Below, piece after piece: positions 39,903-50,369 of a stretch of DNA of 64,000 bases. Under the pieces are notes generated by a model, which saw only the letters and a program-made list of their open reading frames with translations, was not told the origin of the DNA and made no database searches. Numbering within the stretch: the stretch's first letter is position 1; each line of letters starts with the position of its first letter. A program made the translations under genes and the position numbers. The stretch comes from Acidobacteriota bacterium (GTDB taxonomy: Bacteria > Acidobacteriota > UBA6911), in NCBI GenBank assembly GCA_035506515.1, contig DATJPG010000072.1:69563-133562 (forward strand). The letters are read 5' to 3'.

Positions 39903-40628
39903 CTACAGGCGCTGTTTCTCGACATCGGCGGGGATATTCTGCTCAAACTTCGAATCGGGTATGCCCGTGTTGATCTTTTCTGCGGAAAATCGGATCAACA
40001 GATAGTCATCGCTCGGTTCTTCAAACTTATACTGTGCCGGAGTCGCGGTGCTCTCCTTGAGCCAGATCGTGATGGAAGCGACACGTGCCGCGGTTTTGGC
40101 GTCCTTCGGCACAAACACCAGGACCGCGCATTTTGCATTGTCGATCGAGTCAGTTCCCTTGTATGAAATCTTGAATTTTTCCCGCAGTTTCGCAGAAGAC
40201 TGCCCGATACCCAGCGCCAGGTACTCCACGATATCGCGCATTTTCTCGCGGCTGGCGATCTGTGCTTCCTTGATCGCGGGTCGATAGACCGTCAGCGTGT
40301 CGCCCTTAATCGTGAGGATTCTCTTCCCGGGATTCATGATTTCGTGACGCATGAACACGGATCCGTCTTTCGACCGGGCGTAGTAGAACTCACCGGATTC
40401 CGGAGCGCTGAATTCTTTCAATACGGCGGTGAAATTCTTTTGCGTAAAGGTGGCCTTGAATGTACGGAAACTCTTCGCCACTTCATCCATCTTGTTCAGT
40501 ATTTGCTGCAGTTCCCTGTCTTCCTTGCCCTGCTGCCCGAAGGCCGAGAGTGCAAGACACAGGAAGAGGATTGTTTGACACGCTTTCGAAAAAGACGGAG
40601 TGACGCAGCCTATGCAGCCTGTATTCAT
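39903..40628 (-). CDS. LolA-like periplasmic lipoprotein-carrier family protein
   Basis: LolA-like beta-barrel segments (KATFTQKNFTAVLKEFSAPESGEFYYARSKDGSVFMRHEIMNPG...TLTVYRP). Start set at the internal ATG at 40628 with a signal-like hydrophobic region. The track N-terminal extension is non-protein-like. Confidence 0.6.
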   Translation of the reverse strand: MNTGCIGCVTPSFSKACQTILFLCLALSAFGQQGKEDRELQQILNKMDEVAKSFRTFKATFTQKNFTAVLKEFSAPESGEFYYARSKDGSVFMRHEIMNPGKRILTIKGDTLTVYRPAIKEAQIASREKMRDIVEYLALGIGQSSAKLREKFKISYKGTDSIDNAKCAVLVFVPKDAKTAARVASITIWLKESTATPAQYKFEEPSDDYLLIRFSAEKINTGIPDSKFEQNIPADVEKQRL

Positions 40629-40833
40629 CGGCGTTCGGATGTTTTTTCGATTTGAGTTGCGACCGTTGTGTTCTGGTAGGAGGGTGTTGATTTCCCGATC
40701 TTTCTTGCGACAAAGCAGCTGGGCGGCACCAGGAAAATAAACGCCAGGATCAGAGCGCAAATGATATCGTATTGAAGCGTTCCGCGATCGTAGGACCACA
40801 CGAAGATGTTGTGGATCGACTTCCTGAAGCTCG

Positions 40834-41574
40834 TCATGAGTTTTCGGGTGTTTCTCTTAAGCTATGGCTCAGGGCGAAGTGCGACGTCGGGTGTAGAATC
40901 CGCCCGTCCTTCATTTCGATGACACGGCTGGCAGTGGAAGCTGCATCCGCATCGTGGGTGATCATCACGATTGTCTGGCCCAGCTTGTCGTTCAGATCGC
41001 GCAACATTTGCAGCACTCTTCCAGAGTTATGCGAATCCAGGCTGCCCGTCGGTTCGTCAGCCAGCACGATGGACGGTCGATTGACCACTGCCCGCGCGAT
41101 GGCGACGCGCTGCTGTTCTCCTCCGGACATTTCCGATGGCCGAAAATCGATCTTTCCGGCAAGCCCGAGTATGTCCAGGATGTGATCGACCCCGTTGGTT
41201 CCAAGATGCCCATTTCCGTGTATCTTTTTTGCCAGCTCGATATTTCCCTTGGCGGTAAGCGTCGGCAGGAGGTTAAACCGCTGAAAAACATAGCCGATCT
41301 TGTCCCGCCGTACCTTTGTGCGGTCCGAGTCGCTGAGCTTCGAGATATCGATCCCGTCTATGAAAATGTTGCCATTGGTCGGGCGAAGCAATCCGCCCAG
41401 CAGATGCAGGAGGGTTGTCTTCCCACATCCGGATGGTCCCATGATTGCGATAAATTCACCATGACTCACGGTGAGATCGACGTTTTGCAGCGCCGGAACA
41501 CTCAACCGTCCCGACCTGTACGTCATGCTCAAGTTGATGGTCTCTATCGCAACACTTGAGGCTTCAGTTTCCAT
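40834..41574 (-). CDS. ABC transporter ATP-binding protein, LolD/MacB-type
   Basis: Walker [10 protein letters not shown], a Q-loop, [14 protein letters not shown] signature and Walker [11 protein letters not shown]. Confidence 0.85.
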   Translation of the reverse strand: METEASSVAIETINLSMTYRSGRLSVPALQNVDLTVSHGEFIAIMGPSGCGKTTLLHLLGGLLRPTNGNIFIDGIDISKLSDSDRTKVRRDKIGYVFQRFNLLPTLTAKGNIELAKKIHGNGHLGTNGVDHILDILGLAGKIDFRPSEMSGGEQQRVAIARAVVNRPSIVLADEPTGSLDSHNSGRVLQMLRDLNDKLGQTIVMITHDADAASTASRVIEMKDGRILHPTSHFALSHSLRETPENS

Positions 41575-41587
41575 ATAATTCGTTTCC

Positions 41588-42682
41588 CTACTCGTAGCTC
41601 AATGCTCTTACAGGATCCATCCGGGCAGCTTTATACGCCGGATACAATGCACCTAGGGTCCCGGCAATAAGGCCCAGCACCATACCGCCGATGAGGTCCC
41701 TGAAAGTCATGGACACCTGCAACGTCGGGAACATGACAATCACAAGCTTACGAATCACTTCGCTGATACAAATTCCCAAAATTGCGCCCAAGCCACATAT
41801 CATAACAGATTCTTTTAGAATCATGCCAACTATAAAATTCCGAGACGCGCCCAACGATTTTAAAATCCCTATTTCTCGCGTCCGCTCGAAAATAGTCGTA
41901 TACATTGCCAGCAGGATTACCATGAAACTCAACAGCATGGAAATCACGATGACCGTAATCCGGAACTCCTTCAATCCGGGCAGCCGCGTTTCCGCCAGAA
42001 GCAGATTGGGATCCGAGGCCCGAAGGAGTGAGTAGTGAGGAAATTGTTTGCGCAGGTTTTTATAAACCTCGTCGGTGTTTGCATTCGGCGCCGCCTTGGC
42101 AAACAGAACGGTCACGCGATCCGTTGTCCCCAATAGCTTTTGCAGTGTTTCAAGCGGCAGGAACACGCGAACGACGGCTCCGGACCGGCAAACTCCGGTG
42201 ATTTTGAATTCATGGTCCAGGATGTTCAATGTCATTCCCGGTTTCAGTTTCTGGGCTTCGGCCAGAATCTGGTCGATGATTGCCTCGTCGCCTTTTAGGG
42301 AAGCACTTCCTGACAGAATCTGCAGCCGGCCCGGAAACCGGTTGTAGCTTTCCATGTCGATGCCGAAAACCAGGCCGAAATGAGCCGCGCTGAATTTTGA
42401 CAGAACAGGCGTTACCGCTTCAATTCCAGGCACTTGCTGCAGGGTGTTCGCAAGCTTCATGTTCAGCGATGCGTCGCTGAATGCATACAGGACAGAGGAG
42501 CCTGCAGGTTGAAGGATATAATCGGCGCCCACAGCAACTGTGCGCCCCAGATAGTCATTGAGGGTGCCCGACACAATACCGCCGACGACCAGCATGATTA
42601 CAACGCCCAATGCCACAGCCAGGACGCTGATAAAGGTGCGCGTGGGGCGAGAGCGAATATTTGCGGCAATGAGATTTTCCAT
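41588..42682 (-). CDS. ABC transporter permease, FtsX/LolC/LolE-like
   Basis: N-terminal TM helix, a large periplasmic MacB-PCD-like domain and a C-terminal FtsX 3-TM bundle ([20 protein letters not shown]). Confidence 0.8.
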   Translation of the reverse strand: MENLIAANIRSRPTRTFISVLAVALGVVIMLVVGGIVSGTLNDYLGRTVAVGADYILQPAGSSVLYAFSDASLNMKLANTLQQVPGIEAVTPVLSKFSAAHFGLVFGIDMESYNRFPGRLQILSGSASLKGDEAIIDQILAEAQKLKPGMTLNILDHEFKITGVCRSGAVVRVFLPLETLQKLLGTTDRVTVLFAKAAPNANTDEVYKNLRKQFPHYSLLRASDPNLLLAETRLPGLKEFRITVIVISMLLSFMVILLAMYTTIFERTREIGILKSLGASRNFIVGMILKESVMICGLGAILGICISEVIRKLVIVMFPTLQVSMTFRDLIGGMVLGLIAGTLGALYPAYKAARMDPVRALSYE

Positions 42683-42700
42683 CTGAAAGGCCTCAGTTTC

Positions 42701-43627
42701 TCATTTCTCGACAAGAGGAATGATTTGAACTCCATCCGGGAGTTTCAAGGAAAATGCATTATCAGGCGAATCGGGATCGATCCGCCAGCTTTTAAATTCA
42801 AGATTCAGTGCATATCCGTCGAGAGGACGATCGATGTGCATATGAAGCGGTAGTTTGAAACCGTTCACTTCCGTTTCATCCGAGTAGATTATGTCGCTTG
42901 CCACTCGCCCGTCCTCGAGATAAATCTGCTGTCGTGCAATGGACAGGGTCGAACGCTCGATCCACAGTTTACGGATCGCGTAAATTCTCTTTGTGGCGCT
43001 TTCTTTGTAAACGCTCAGAACATAATACTTTGCTCTGGCATCGGCCTCCTCTTCGAGCGAGTAGAGAAAGCCCGGAGCATCGATCTGTATGCTTTGCGGG
43101 AAAATAGCCTCAAAAATATGCCCGCCGCGAATCGGGATTGAAAAATTATTCGAGCTCTCCGCGTCTTCCACCGTCAGGTTCTTTGCGCTGTTCTTTCCGA
43201 CATAGACCGCATTTTTTCGGCTGTAGTAGATCGATAATTCATCCTCTTTGGAAAGCACTTCCAGTTCCCTTGTTTTGGTCAAAAAGTTCTGGACCACGAG
43301 CTTCGTAGAGTTCGGGCGCTTGAGCAAAATATATCCAGGCTGCGTTTTTATTTCCTGGATGACGCCATTTTCTTTCTTGCCGTAGGAATACGTGATATTC
43401 AGGCTGCTCGACAGGCTCTGAATTCTATCATAGCTTTGCAGTACACCCAGAAGCTCCTCGAGACTGGCCGTCTTTGCCAACCGGACCTTTTGAGGCACGT
43501 CGACTTTAATGGTTTTCTTTATTTTGCATCCGGGAAACGCGAGCAGCGACAGAACGAGGCATGCCAGAAACGGAACCCGGCTTCGTTTTGCCGTAAACAG
43601 AAGAATTCCCAGTATTTCTCTCATCAA
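42701..43627 (-). CDS. Hypothetical lipoprotein heading the Lol-like operon (possible LolB/DUF4292-like lipoprotein-sorting component)
   Basis: Signal peptide with cysteine (LLAFPGCKIKK). The mature part is a beta-rich ~270-aa domain. This is an inference from position and lipoprotein character only. Confidence 0.45.
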   Translation of the reverse strand: MMREILGILLFTAKRSRVPFLACLVLSLLAFPGCKIKKTIKVDVPQKVRLAKTASLEELLGVLQSYDRIQSLSSSLNITYSYGKKENGVIQEIKTQPGYILLKRPNSTKLVVQNFLTKTRELEVLSKEDELSIYYSRKNAVYVGKNSAKNLTVEDAESSNNFSIPIRGGHIFEAIFPQSIQIDAPGFLYSLEEEADARAKYYVLSVYKESATKRIYAIRKLWIERSTLSIARQQIYLEDGRVASDIIYSDETEVNGFKLPLHMHIDRPLDGYALNLEFKSWRIDPDSPDNAFSLKLPDGVQIIPLVEK

Positions 43628-43710
43628 AGCTCAAATCATATATAAACGCGCAAATCTAACAGAGTGAACCCGACTTGTCAATTAAGAGGAGACAGAGCGG
43701 AATACCGAAT

Positions 43711-44361
43711 TCAGATTTCGGAACTGGACTTGGCATCGCCTGGTCGGCGAATGAAACAGATAGCGATAACGGCAACGATCAGCAGGAAAACGACAAAGAA
43801 GATGACTCCCATTTCTCCCAGGTATTGCTGCAAAAAGCTTTTTATCTGATTTCCATACAACACCGCTAACACTCCCCAAATCGAGTAGCGGATGACTCTT
43901 CCGATCACGACTGCCGTCAGAAATGAAAAAAGGTTCAAACGAAAGACGCCGGCACAGAGCACAAATATCTTGAATGGCAGGGGCGGCGGCAGGATGCTCG
44001 GGATTAAAACCGTCAGAATTCCGTATCGATCGAAAAGCCTTTCCGCCCGGGCGACCTTTTCCGGGGAAAATCTGCGTTTTAAAATGGGACTTCCACCTTT
44101 ACGGCCCACAGAATAGAGCAGGAAGCAGCCAATGACGGAACCAAGCGTTGTCATGGCCACATAATAGGCCATCGTTCCCCAGGATTTCCCTGCCGACAAA
44201 AGGACGATCAACAGATCATTGGCTTCCGGAGCGCTGAAAAAAGAAGAATCACCGAGTGCGAGCAGCATAACGCCCAGACCGGTGAAGCCATGAATAGCAG
44301 CCGAAACGGGTGCCCATAGTCTGGTCCACCACTGCTCTGGGGCAAGCATCAGTACATTCAT
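43711..44361 (-). CDS. DedA/YqaA-family (VTT domain) membrane protein
   Basis: YqaA-like pattern (LLALGDSSFF...AYYVAMTTLGSVIGCFLLYSVGRKGG...RYGILTVLIPSILPPPLPFKIF). Confidence 0.7.
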   Translation of the reverse strand: MNVLMLAPEQWWTRLWAPVSAAIHGFTGLGVMLLALGDSSFFSAPEANDLLIVLLSAGKSWGTMAYYVAMTTLGSVIGCFLLYSVGRKGGSPILKRRFSPEKVARAERLFDRYGILTVLIPSILPPPLPFKIFVLCAGVFRLNLFSFLTAVVIGRVIRYSIWGVLAVLYGNQIKSFLQQYLGEMGVIFFVVFLLIVAVIAICFIRRPGDAKSSSEI

Positions 44362-44702
44362 TTAACGGTCACACCATTTCTGCCTGATACCCACATCCAT
44401 CATATTCGCTATCTATCGGCATTCGCTCAAAAGCGCCCATGGGCGTCGGCGCAGACTATTATTCCCCAAAGATAAGGAGTTCTCCGGCAGTGAAGGTAAC
44501 ACAGCCCGCGGCTGCCCGCAATCCAAACCGTAATCGCGCTCCGGCGGAGACCTGAGTGCCGATAAAATCTGCATCAAATTTGCCGTAAGTGCCTGCAAGT
44601 AATTGACAAAAAGCGACTCTCCAAGTAAGATGCTCTCTTCCAAGAAGAAGCGACCGTGAATCGAAAAACGAAATAGCTTTTTTATACTAGCCTGATTTAG
44701 CC

Positions 44703-45605
44703 ATGGGATCTCTTGCAGCGGATCTTAAGACGGAACGCGAAAAGCGAAATATTCCGCTTGCCCAAATTGCCGCAGATACGCGCATCAGCCTGCATTATCT
44801 TGAAAGCCTCGAGGATGGCCGGTATGGGGAATTGCCCGGCGGTATGTATAACCGCGCATTTATCCGGGCTTACTGCGAAAGTTTGAACCTGAGCCAGCAG
44901 GAAATCATGCAGCGATACGAGGAAGAGGTCGCGTCTCCAATGGAGAAGCTTCCGAAATCCAGGGTTCATATCCCCCAGGCAAGTTCTTCACACAAGCTGA
45001 ATCCGATTCTGATTTGGAGCCTTGCGCTGCTGATTTCGGCTATCGGGATTTTCTTCAGCCGGAATTGGATCGGGGCCGTTTTTTCGCCCTATTTTTCGCA
45101 TAGGCAGAGCGCCACTCTTCCGCATCAAGCAGAGCAAAAGCCCGCTGCGCCTCCGGCGGCACTGAAACCTCCTCCCGACGTGACTCAAGCCGCCGAACCT
45201 GCCCCTGTTTCCGCGAACACGACACCCGAAACCGCGTCACCAGGCCTGTCCCCGACGGTACAGCCTGCTGCGAGTCAGCCCGCCGTCGATCGAACCGCGG
45301 CAGCAACGGAAGTCACAGCCCCGGCCCTGCAATCGTCGCTCCAACTTGAAATCGGGGCCACAGAACAATGCTGGGTATCCGTTGAGCAGGACGGAAGCCA
45401 CTCCTTCAGGAAGCTGATGCGTCCGGGAGAAGTGCAGCGGCTCTATGCATCCGAGCAGTTTTTCATCATCGTGGGAAACGCCGGCGGCATCCACATGAAA
45501 ATCAACGGGAAGTCAGCAAAACCGCTCGGCAAGTCAGGGGAAGTGGTGAGGATACTGATCAACGAAAAAAACCTGCATGATTATCTCGACCAGACGCCAG
45601 GCTAA
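44703..45605 (+). CDS. rodZ: RodZ-like cytoskeleton protein (HTH_XRE, TM, Pro/Ala-rich linker, DUF4115 C-terminal domain)
   Basis: N-terminal HTH (LAQIAADTRISLHYLESLEDGRY), one TM helix, a low-complexity linker and a C-terminal beta domain (CWVSVEQDG...IIVGNAGGIHMKING). Confidence 0.7.
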   Translation: MGSLAADLKTEREKRNIPLAQIAADTRISLHYLESLEDGRYGELPGGMYNRAFIRAYCESLNLSQQEIMQRYEEEVASPMEKLPKSRVHIPQASSSHKLNPILIWSLALLISAIGIFFSRNWIGAVFSPYFSHRQSATLPHQAEQKPAAPPAALKPPPDVTQAAEPAPVSANTTPETASPGLSPTVQPAASQPAVDRTAAATEVTAPALQSSLQLEIGATEQCWVSVEQDGSHSFRKLMRPGEVQRLYASEQFFIIVGNAGGIHMKINGKSAKPLGKSGEVVRILINEKNLHDYLDQTPG

Positions 45606-45608
45606 AGA

Positions 45609-46652
45609 ATGGATCAAAGCATTCTGAAGCAAGCTCTGCTGGACGGTTCCGCTCCAAAGCAGTTGCGCCTTTTAATCGCTGGCGGACTTGCCCCCATCCC
45701 TTCCGGAGTTCTGCTGGAGCTGATCGTGCTCCTTCTGAAGGACGTGGACCCGGAAATCGGGGCGCGTGCCGCAAAAACACTCGGCGAATGGGATCAAGAC
45801 GAGATCTGCACTCTCGTGGGCGACCCGGAATGTCACCCCTCAATCCTGGAATATTTTTCGCAAACAGCAGCATCCGACCGTTTGCACCAGGCGATCCTGT
45901 CCAATTCTTCGTCTCCGGATGCGCTGGTGGCAAATCTGGCGGAAACGGTTCCGGGGTCCCTTCTGGAAACGATACTCGACAACCGGGTCCGTATTATCCG
46001 ATACCCGGACATTCTCGCAAGTATTCTCCGGAATCCCGCGTGCACCCCTGAAATCCAGCGACTTGCCCACGAGATAGAGGTCGAGTTCCTGGGCAGCAAG
46101 AAGAAGGAGTATGCCATTGCGGAGCCTTCTGAGGCGGAGGTTGCCGAGTTATCTCCTCTGGACCTTCAACTGGAAATTCCCGAAGGCGATCTTTCTCTCG
46201 AAGGCCTGCCCGTGGACCCGGAGGCTCGCCAATCCGAGATCCTGAAACGCCTGTCTACGATGTCCGTGCGTGAAAAAATGCGCTATGCCCTCTTCGGCAA
46301 TCGTGAAATCCGAGCCATGCTGATCCGCGATTCGAACAAGGAAGTTGCGCGTGCCGTTCTGCACAGCCCGAAGCTCACGGATAATGAAATTGAAGCTATT
46401 GCCTCCATGCGTGGCGTCGCGGAAAACATCTTGCGGGAAATCGGTCAAAGCCGAGCGTGGACAAAAAGCTACGCCGTCGTCCAAAACCTTGTAAAAAACC
46501 CAAAAACGCCGCCCACCATTTCCCAAACCCTGCTGTTCCGCCTTCGCGCCCAGGACCTGATGCAGCTCAGCCGCGATCGGAGCGTTTCGGACGCCGTGCG
46601 TAACAATGCAGGCCGCATCTTGCGCCAGCGCGCATCCAAGCCAAATCCATGA
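45609..46652 (+). CDS. Hypothetical protein with HEAT/PBS-lyase-like repeats
   Basis: Repeats of the type DVDPEIGARAAKTLGEW and NKEVARAVLHSPKLT. Starts 4 bp after the rodZ stop. No catalytic motif. Confidence 0.5.
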   Translation: MDQSILKQALLDGSAPKQLRLLIAGGLAPIPSGVLLELIVLLLKDVDPEIGARAAKTLGEWDQDEICTLVGDPECHPSILEYFSQTAASDRLHQAILSNSSSPDALVANLAETVPGSLLETILDNRVRIIRYPDILASILRNPACTPEIQRLAHEIEVEFLGSKKKEYAIAEPSEAEVAELSPLDLQLEIPEGDLSLEGLPVDPEARQSEILKRLSTMSVREKMRYALFGNREIRAMLIRDSNKEVARAVLHSPKLTDNEIEAIASMRGVAENILREIGQSRAWTKSYAVVQNLVKNPKTPPTISQTLLFRLRAQDLMQLSRDRSVSDAVRNNAGRILRQRASKPNP

Positions 46653-47104
46653 CAGAAAGACTCCAACCTCCTTCATTTCGGAACCCGAAAATTTCTCACC
46701 GCGAGATTCTTCAGGCAACTGTCCGCTTCAGCGGCTTCGCGGATCTATACCGCGAAAAGGTGCTGACGCAACAGACTCGGACGATCCGCCTTCTGGGAAC
46801 AAAGTGCTCGGCCAAAATCCTTCATACGCTGCTGGGCTTCGAGGTGCAGGCTCGCTATAAACGGATTCAATGCCCCGACATGGTGACGGCCCGATACATC
46901 CGCCTGTTTTCGGAACTGGGATGCCACTCCATCAAACTCCCCTATGATCCAACACGCACGGCGCAACTAATCCCCGAATTTGAGGCGATGCTGGAGCGAA
47001 TCGCCGATCGCATCCGCGCGCAATTTCCCGGGGACCGCAGCACGCAGCGTTATGTTTTTCAAAAAGTATACGCGATCCTCCGCCGCCAATTGCGCGCGGC
47101 CTAG
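46649..47104 (+). CDS. Hypothetical protein (151 aa), translationally coupled to the upstream HEAT-like protein
   Basis: ATGA start/stop overlap at 46649-46652. Basic, soluble-looking. No recognised motif. Confidence 0.45.
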   Translation: MTERLQPPSFRNPKISHREILQATVRFSGFADLYREKVLTQQTRTIRLLGTKCSAKILHTLLGFEVQARYKRIQCPDMVTARYIRLFSELGCHSIKLPYDPTRTAQLIPEFEAMLERIADRIRAQFPGDRSTQRYVFQKVYAILRRQLRAA

Positions 47105-47127
47105 GACGACTGTGTCATAAAATTCGG

Positions 47128-47156
47128 CCAAGCCCGCATTTTATGCGGCTTTTAGC
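47128..47156 (+). terminator. Rho-independent terminator after the rodZ three-gene unit
   Basis: AAGCCCGCAT-TTT-ATGCGGCTT stem (9 bp with one bulge) followed by TTTTAG. Confidence 0.6.
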
Positions 47157-47295
47157 CCAAAACGCCCAAGATTAGGACACTCATGACGGCCCATAACCAC
47201 GCGCCGCTCACGTTTTATGACACTGTAGTACCAGGAGCCTGTCCGAGTAATAGGGGGCCGCTATCGGGAATCACTTTGGGGCGCAACAGGCGGAG

Positions 47296-47395
47296 CACCT
47301 AAATCCGATTGCGAGATGCGATACCGATAGCGATTCCGATCCCGACCCCGATTGCTCTGGGCAGGTCGCTTGGAGCGGCTCACGGACTAAAGCCA
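47296..47395. repeat. Intergenic repeat copy C (reverse orientation of copy A arm plus conserved flank module)
   Basis: The reverse complement of 47301-47355 (gcaatcggggtcgggatcggaatcgctatcggtatcgcatctcgcaatcggattt) is near-identical to 6133-6183. The module gcttggagcggctcacggactaaagcc matches copy B. Confidence 0.6.
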
Positions 47396-47483
47396 TCGGC
47401 TCTGCCGAAGGATACTTACTCGCCGTAGCCGGATCGATAAACTTGGCAGAGGATTTCGGTTGTTTTTTTGCCGAATAATCGCT

Positions 47484-47512
47484 ATAGCTAGGGCCGATAC
47501 TTGTGCTATATA
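47484..47512 (+). promoter_or_regulatory. Candidate extended -10 promoter (TGcTATATA) for the downstream secreted-protein gene
   Basis: cttgTGcTATATAagtg lies about 50 nt upstream of a GGGAGAGGA RBS and the ATG at 47559. Based on sequence pattern only. Confidence 0.3.
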
Positions 47513-47558
47513 AGTGTAAAAACATACTCGGCTGTGATTGACGGGAGAGGACGAAGCC

Positions 47559-48017
47559 ATGCAATTTCCTAAAATTCACGCACACTTGATTCTTGGAATT
47601 CTACTTGTTTCGTGGAGCGCCTGGGCCCAGGAGAACACCGGTCGTGAGGTTCAAATACACAAAAACGTAAAGCTGATCGAAATGCCCGCCGCAGCGGATG
47701 TCCCGGAAGAGATTGCGGCGCAACACAAGTCCTTCAGTCCCATCTTCGAACAGGCGCTCAAACAGGCCACGATCGACGAAAAAGATGACTGCGCGCTCAC
47801 CATCCGGGTCACATTGGGCTTCAAGGAAATAGGAGCCTCCAAGACCAAGCGCCCGACGGCCCGCGTGACCGCGTTCCGCAAGGGTTCCAAGCAGGAGTTC
47901 GTCGGCACGTTAATCATTTACAGCTATGCGAACGCCAGCCTGGTAAGCGCCGACGAGACCGAGCAGTTTTTGAAAAAGCAGATTCTGGAACCGGCAGCCT
48001 GCGGCCAGCAAGAATAG
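47559..48017 (+). CDS. Hypothetical small secreted protein
   Basis: Signal peptide MQFPKIHAHLILGILLVSWSAWAQ. RBS GGAGAGGA. No known domain. Confidence 0.5.
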   Translation: MQFPKIHAHLILGILLVSWSAWAQENTGREVQIHKNVKLIEMPAAADVPEEIAAQHKSFSPIFEQALKQATIDEKDDCALTIRVTLGFKEIGASKTKRPTARVTAFRKGSKQEFVGTLIIYSYANASLVSADETEQFLKKQILEPAACGQQE

Positions 48018-48096
48018 GCGCTTGCCCTCGCGCACCAGAGGCGGCGACGGCCCGCAAAAGGCCGCCGCCGATGGTGTCTTTTTTAGAATTTTGGCT

Positions 48097-48834
48097 TCAG
48101 TTGCCGAGATTAGCCGGCAGGAGATCCTTTCGCACCACTTCCAGATCCTGTGACGGGATGATCAACCTTACAAGGCGCTTGTTCTTGTCTACCGATAACG
48201 TGCTTCCCGCAATCCCCACGAATTCAACCTTGTAATTGACAACTGCAATGGAGCCCTTTTCCAGTTTCAGTTCCCCGTCCCCAAGAGACGTTACAGCGAC
48301 GGAGATGTCGGAGCCGATCAGAGGGACAAAATCGCTGAAGATCTGGCGACCGCCCTTGCCGGAGTCGTATAGCCGCACCAGACAGTCATACTGGTGGTAC
48401 ACAGCGAAATCGAGGATCACCGTATTGGGCTTCAGCAAAGCGCTCGCTTCGGTCGTGTGGCCGTTGCGCGTAAGCGCGCGTTTTATCTGCCCGTTTTTCA
48501 CCTTCACTTCATAAGAATCGCCGGCGTCACCCGTCGTATATTTGTAAAGATAGGAAATAGGAGTACAGCTATTGGGAGCCATCTGCATTCTCGTTGAGAA
48601 TGCCATGCGTTTGGTTTCCAGCCCGTCGGTCACGAAGATCTCATGATCCGACGTGGACAGCGTGTTCCCTCCTGCGTCGACGGTTTCGACGACGTTTTCA
48701 CTTCCCGAAACACTCCCCTTAATCAGGATGACGTAGGATTGTTTGTAGCCCGGGGCAGAATCGCCGGCCACCGCGGCCACCCCACACAGCAGTGTTCCGA
48801 AGACGAGCAGAATTGCGAGTTGTAAACATTTCAT
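48097..48834 (-). CDS. Hypothetical secreted beta-rich protein, last gene of the dnaK-dnaJ-hspR operon
   Basis: Signal peptide MKCLQLAILLVFGTLLCGVAAVAG. Its ATG overlaps the hspR TGA (cgATGAaatg). No known domain. Confidence 0.55.
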   Translation of the reverse strand: MKCLQLAILLVFGTLLCGVAAVAGDSAPGYKQSYVILIKGSVSGSENVVETVDAGGNTLSTSDHEIFVTDGLETKRMAFSTRMQMAPNSCTPISYLYKYTTGDAGDSYEVKVKNGQIKRALTRNGHTTEASALLKPNTVILDFAVYHQYDCLVRLYDSGKGGRQIFSDFVPLIGSDISVAVTSLGDGELKLEKGSIAVVNYKVEFVGIAGSTLSVDKNKRLVRLIIPSQDLEVVRKDLLPANLGN

Positions 48835-49178
48835 CGCGAAGTCCTCACGATTTTGGCGGCCGGCACGCGTACGAGCGCATTTCGCAGCGAACCCGCCATT
48901 GAAGGCGAAAGCTCATCGCGCACAAACTCTATCATTTCCTCTACCTGCTTTTGCATCTGCTCCATTTTTTCCCGCATGTTCAGGATGACTTCCACTCCGG
49001 CCAGATTCACGCCCAGTTCCCGCGTGAGCGTCAAAATGACTTCCAGCCGCTGAAGATCTTCTTCCGTGTACAGCCGGGTATTTCCCTCGCTCCTCGATGG
49101 CGTCAGCAAGCCAAGCCGCTCGTACAATCGCAGCGTTTGCGGATGAATCTCGTAGGATTCCGCCACAGAGCTGATCAT
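48831..49178 (-). CDS. hspR: Heat-shock repressor HspR (MerR family)
   Basis: MerR-type HTH (YEIHPQTLRLYERLGLLTPSRSEGNTRLYTEEDL) and a short C-terminal coiled-coil. Located directly downstream of dnaJ, as is typical for HspR. Confidence 0.8.
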   Translation of the reverse strand: MISSVAESYEIHPQTLRLYERLGLLTPSRSEGNTRLYTEEDLQRLEVILTLTRELGVNLAGVEVILNMREKMEQMQKQVEEMIEFVRDELSPSMAGSLRNALVRVPAAKIVRTSR

Positions 49179-49223
49179 ATAGCCTGCTTTTTTTCGCGAA
49201 TGCACAACCCACTCTCCATCCGA

Positions 49224-50369
49224 TCAATTTTGAGCGATGCCCGCCCTGGGGTTTTCGGGGTTCAACCGAGCCAGTTCTCTCAGGATCTCCTTCGAGCGTT
49301 CATCAGCCACTTTGGGCACGATGACTCGCACCTCCACGATCTGGTTGCCCCTCACTTCCCCTCGCAGCGAAGGAGCGCCCTTGCCTCTCAATCTGAACTT
49401 CTGCCCGCCCTGGGTGCCGGGCGGAATGCGCAGCAACGTTTTGCCGTCGATGGAAGGGACTTCAATTTTGGTACCCAACGCGGCTTCCGTAACGGTGATG
49501 GGCACCGCGCAGAGAATATCGTTCCCTTCCCTGCGAAAGAAATCGTGCGGTCGCACGGAGATGATTAGAAATAAATCTCCAGGCCCTCCCCCCATCTTCC
49601 CGGCGTTTCCTTTGCCAGGGACCTTCATTCGATAGCCGTGCGCCACTCCCGGAGGAATCCGCACCGTGATCGTTTCCTGCAGCGGCACGCTGCCCGACCC
49701 CCTGCATGCCGCACAGCGGCCTCCGACCCGTCCGGTTCCACCACACGCACGGCACGGGCTCGAAAAGCGCATAAATCCGTGGGACTTTGACTCTTGGCCC
49801 GTTCCGTGGCAATGACTGCAAGTCTGCTGCCCCGCCGATCGGTCCAGGCCGGATCCATCGCATACCGAACAGCTATTGCGACGCTGGATCGTCATTCGTG
49901 CCGAGAGCCCCTGAATGCTTTCGAGAAAGGAGATATTGAGGTGATGCTCCAGGTCTTCTCCCCTGGCGGGGCCTTGCGGGCGCCTGCTTTGCGCCCCTCC
50001 ACTGAAAAATTCAGAAAACACGTCCCTGAAACTGCTTTGTCCTTCGGAGCCGAAATCCATGCCGGAAAAGTCGAAGCCGCCCTGGGATCCCCCACCAAAT
50101 CCTCCCCCCTGCGGACCGGCTTGTTCCTGGAAGTTTTCGGAGTAGAAACCGTACTGATCGTACATGCCGCGCTTCTTGGGATCACTCAGCACATCATAGG
50201 CTTGCTGGATTCTCTTGAACCGCTCCTCGGCGGATTTGTCTCCGGGATTTACGTCGGGGTGATTTTTTCTCGCCAGGCGCCGGTATGCCTTTTTGATCTC
50301 CGGCTCCTTAGCGTTCCGCGGGACACCCAGAACGGCGTAATAATCTTCTTTTTGGGGCATAGAATTCAC
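49224..50369 (-). CDS. dnaJ: Chaperone DnaJ
   Basis: J-domain with HPD ([13 protein letters not shown]), a G/F-rich region, four CxxCxGxG zinc-finger repeats and C-terminal substrate-binding domains. Confidence 0.9.
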   Translation of the reverse strand: MNSMPQKEDYYAVLGVPRNAKEPEIKKAYRRLARKNHPDVNPGDKSAEERFKRIQQAYDVLSDPKKRGMYDQYGFYSENFQEQAGPQGGGFGGGSQGGFDFSGMDFGSEGQSSFRDVFSEFFSGGAQSRRPQGPARGEDLEHHLNISFLESIQGLSARMTIQRRNSCSVCDGSGLDRSAGQQTCSHCHGTGQESKSHGFMRFSSPCRACGGTGRVGGRCAACRGSGSVPLQETITVRIPPGVAHGYRMKVPGKGNAGKMGGGPGDLFLIISVRPHDFFRREGNDILCAVPITVTEAALGTKIEVPSIDGKTLLRIPPGTQGGQKFRLRGKGAPSLRGEVRGNQIVEVRVIVPKVADERSKEILRELARLNPENPRAGIAQN

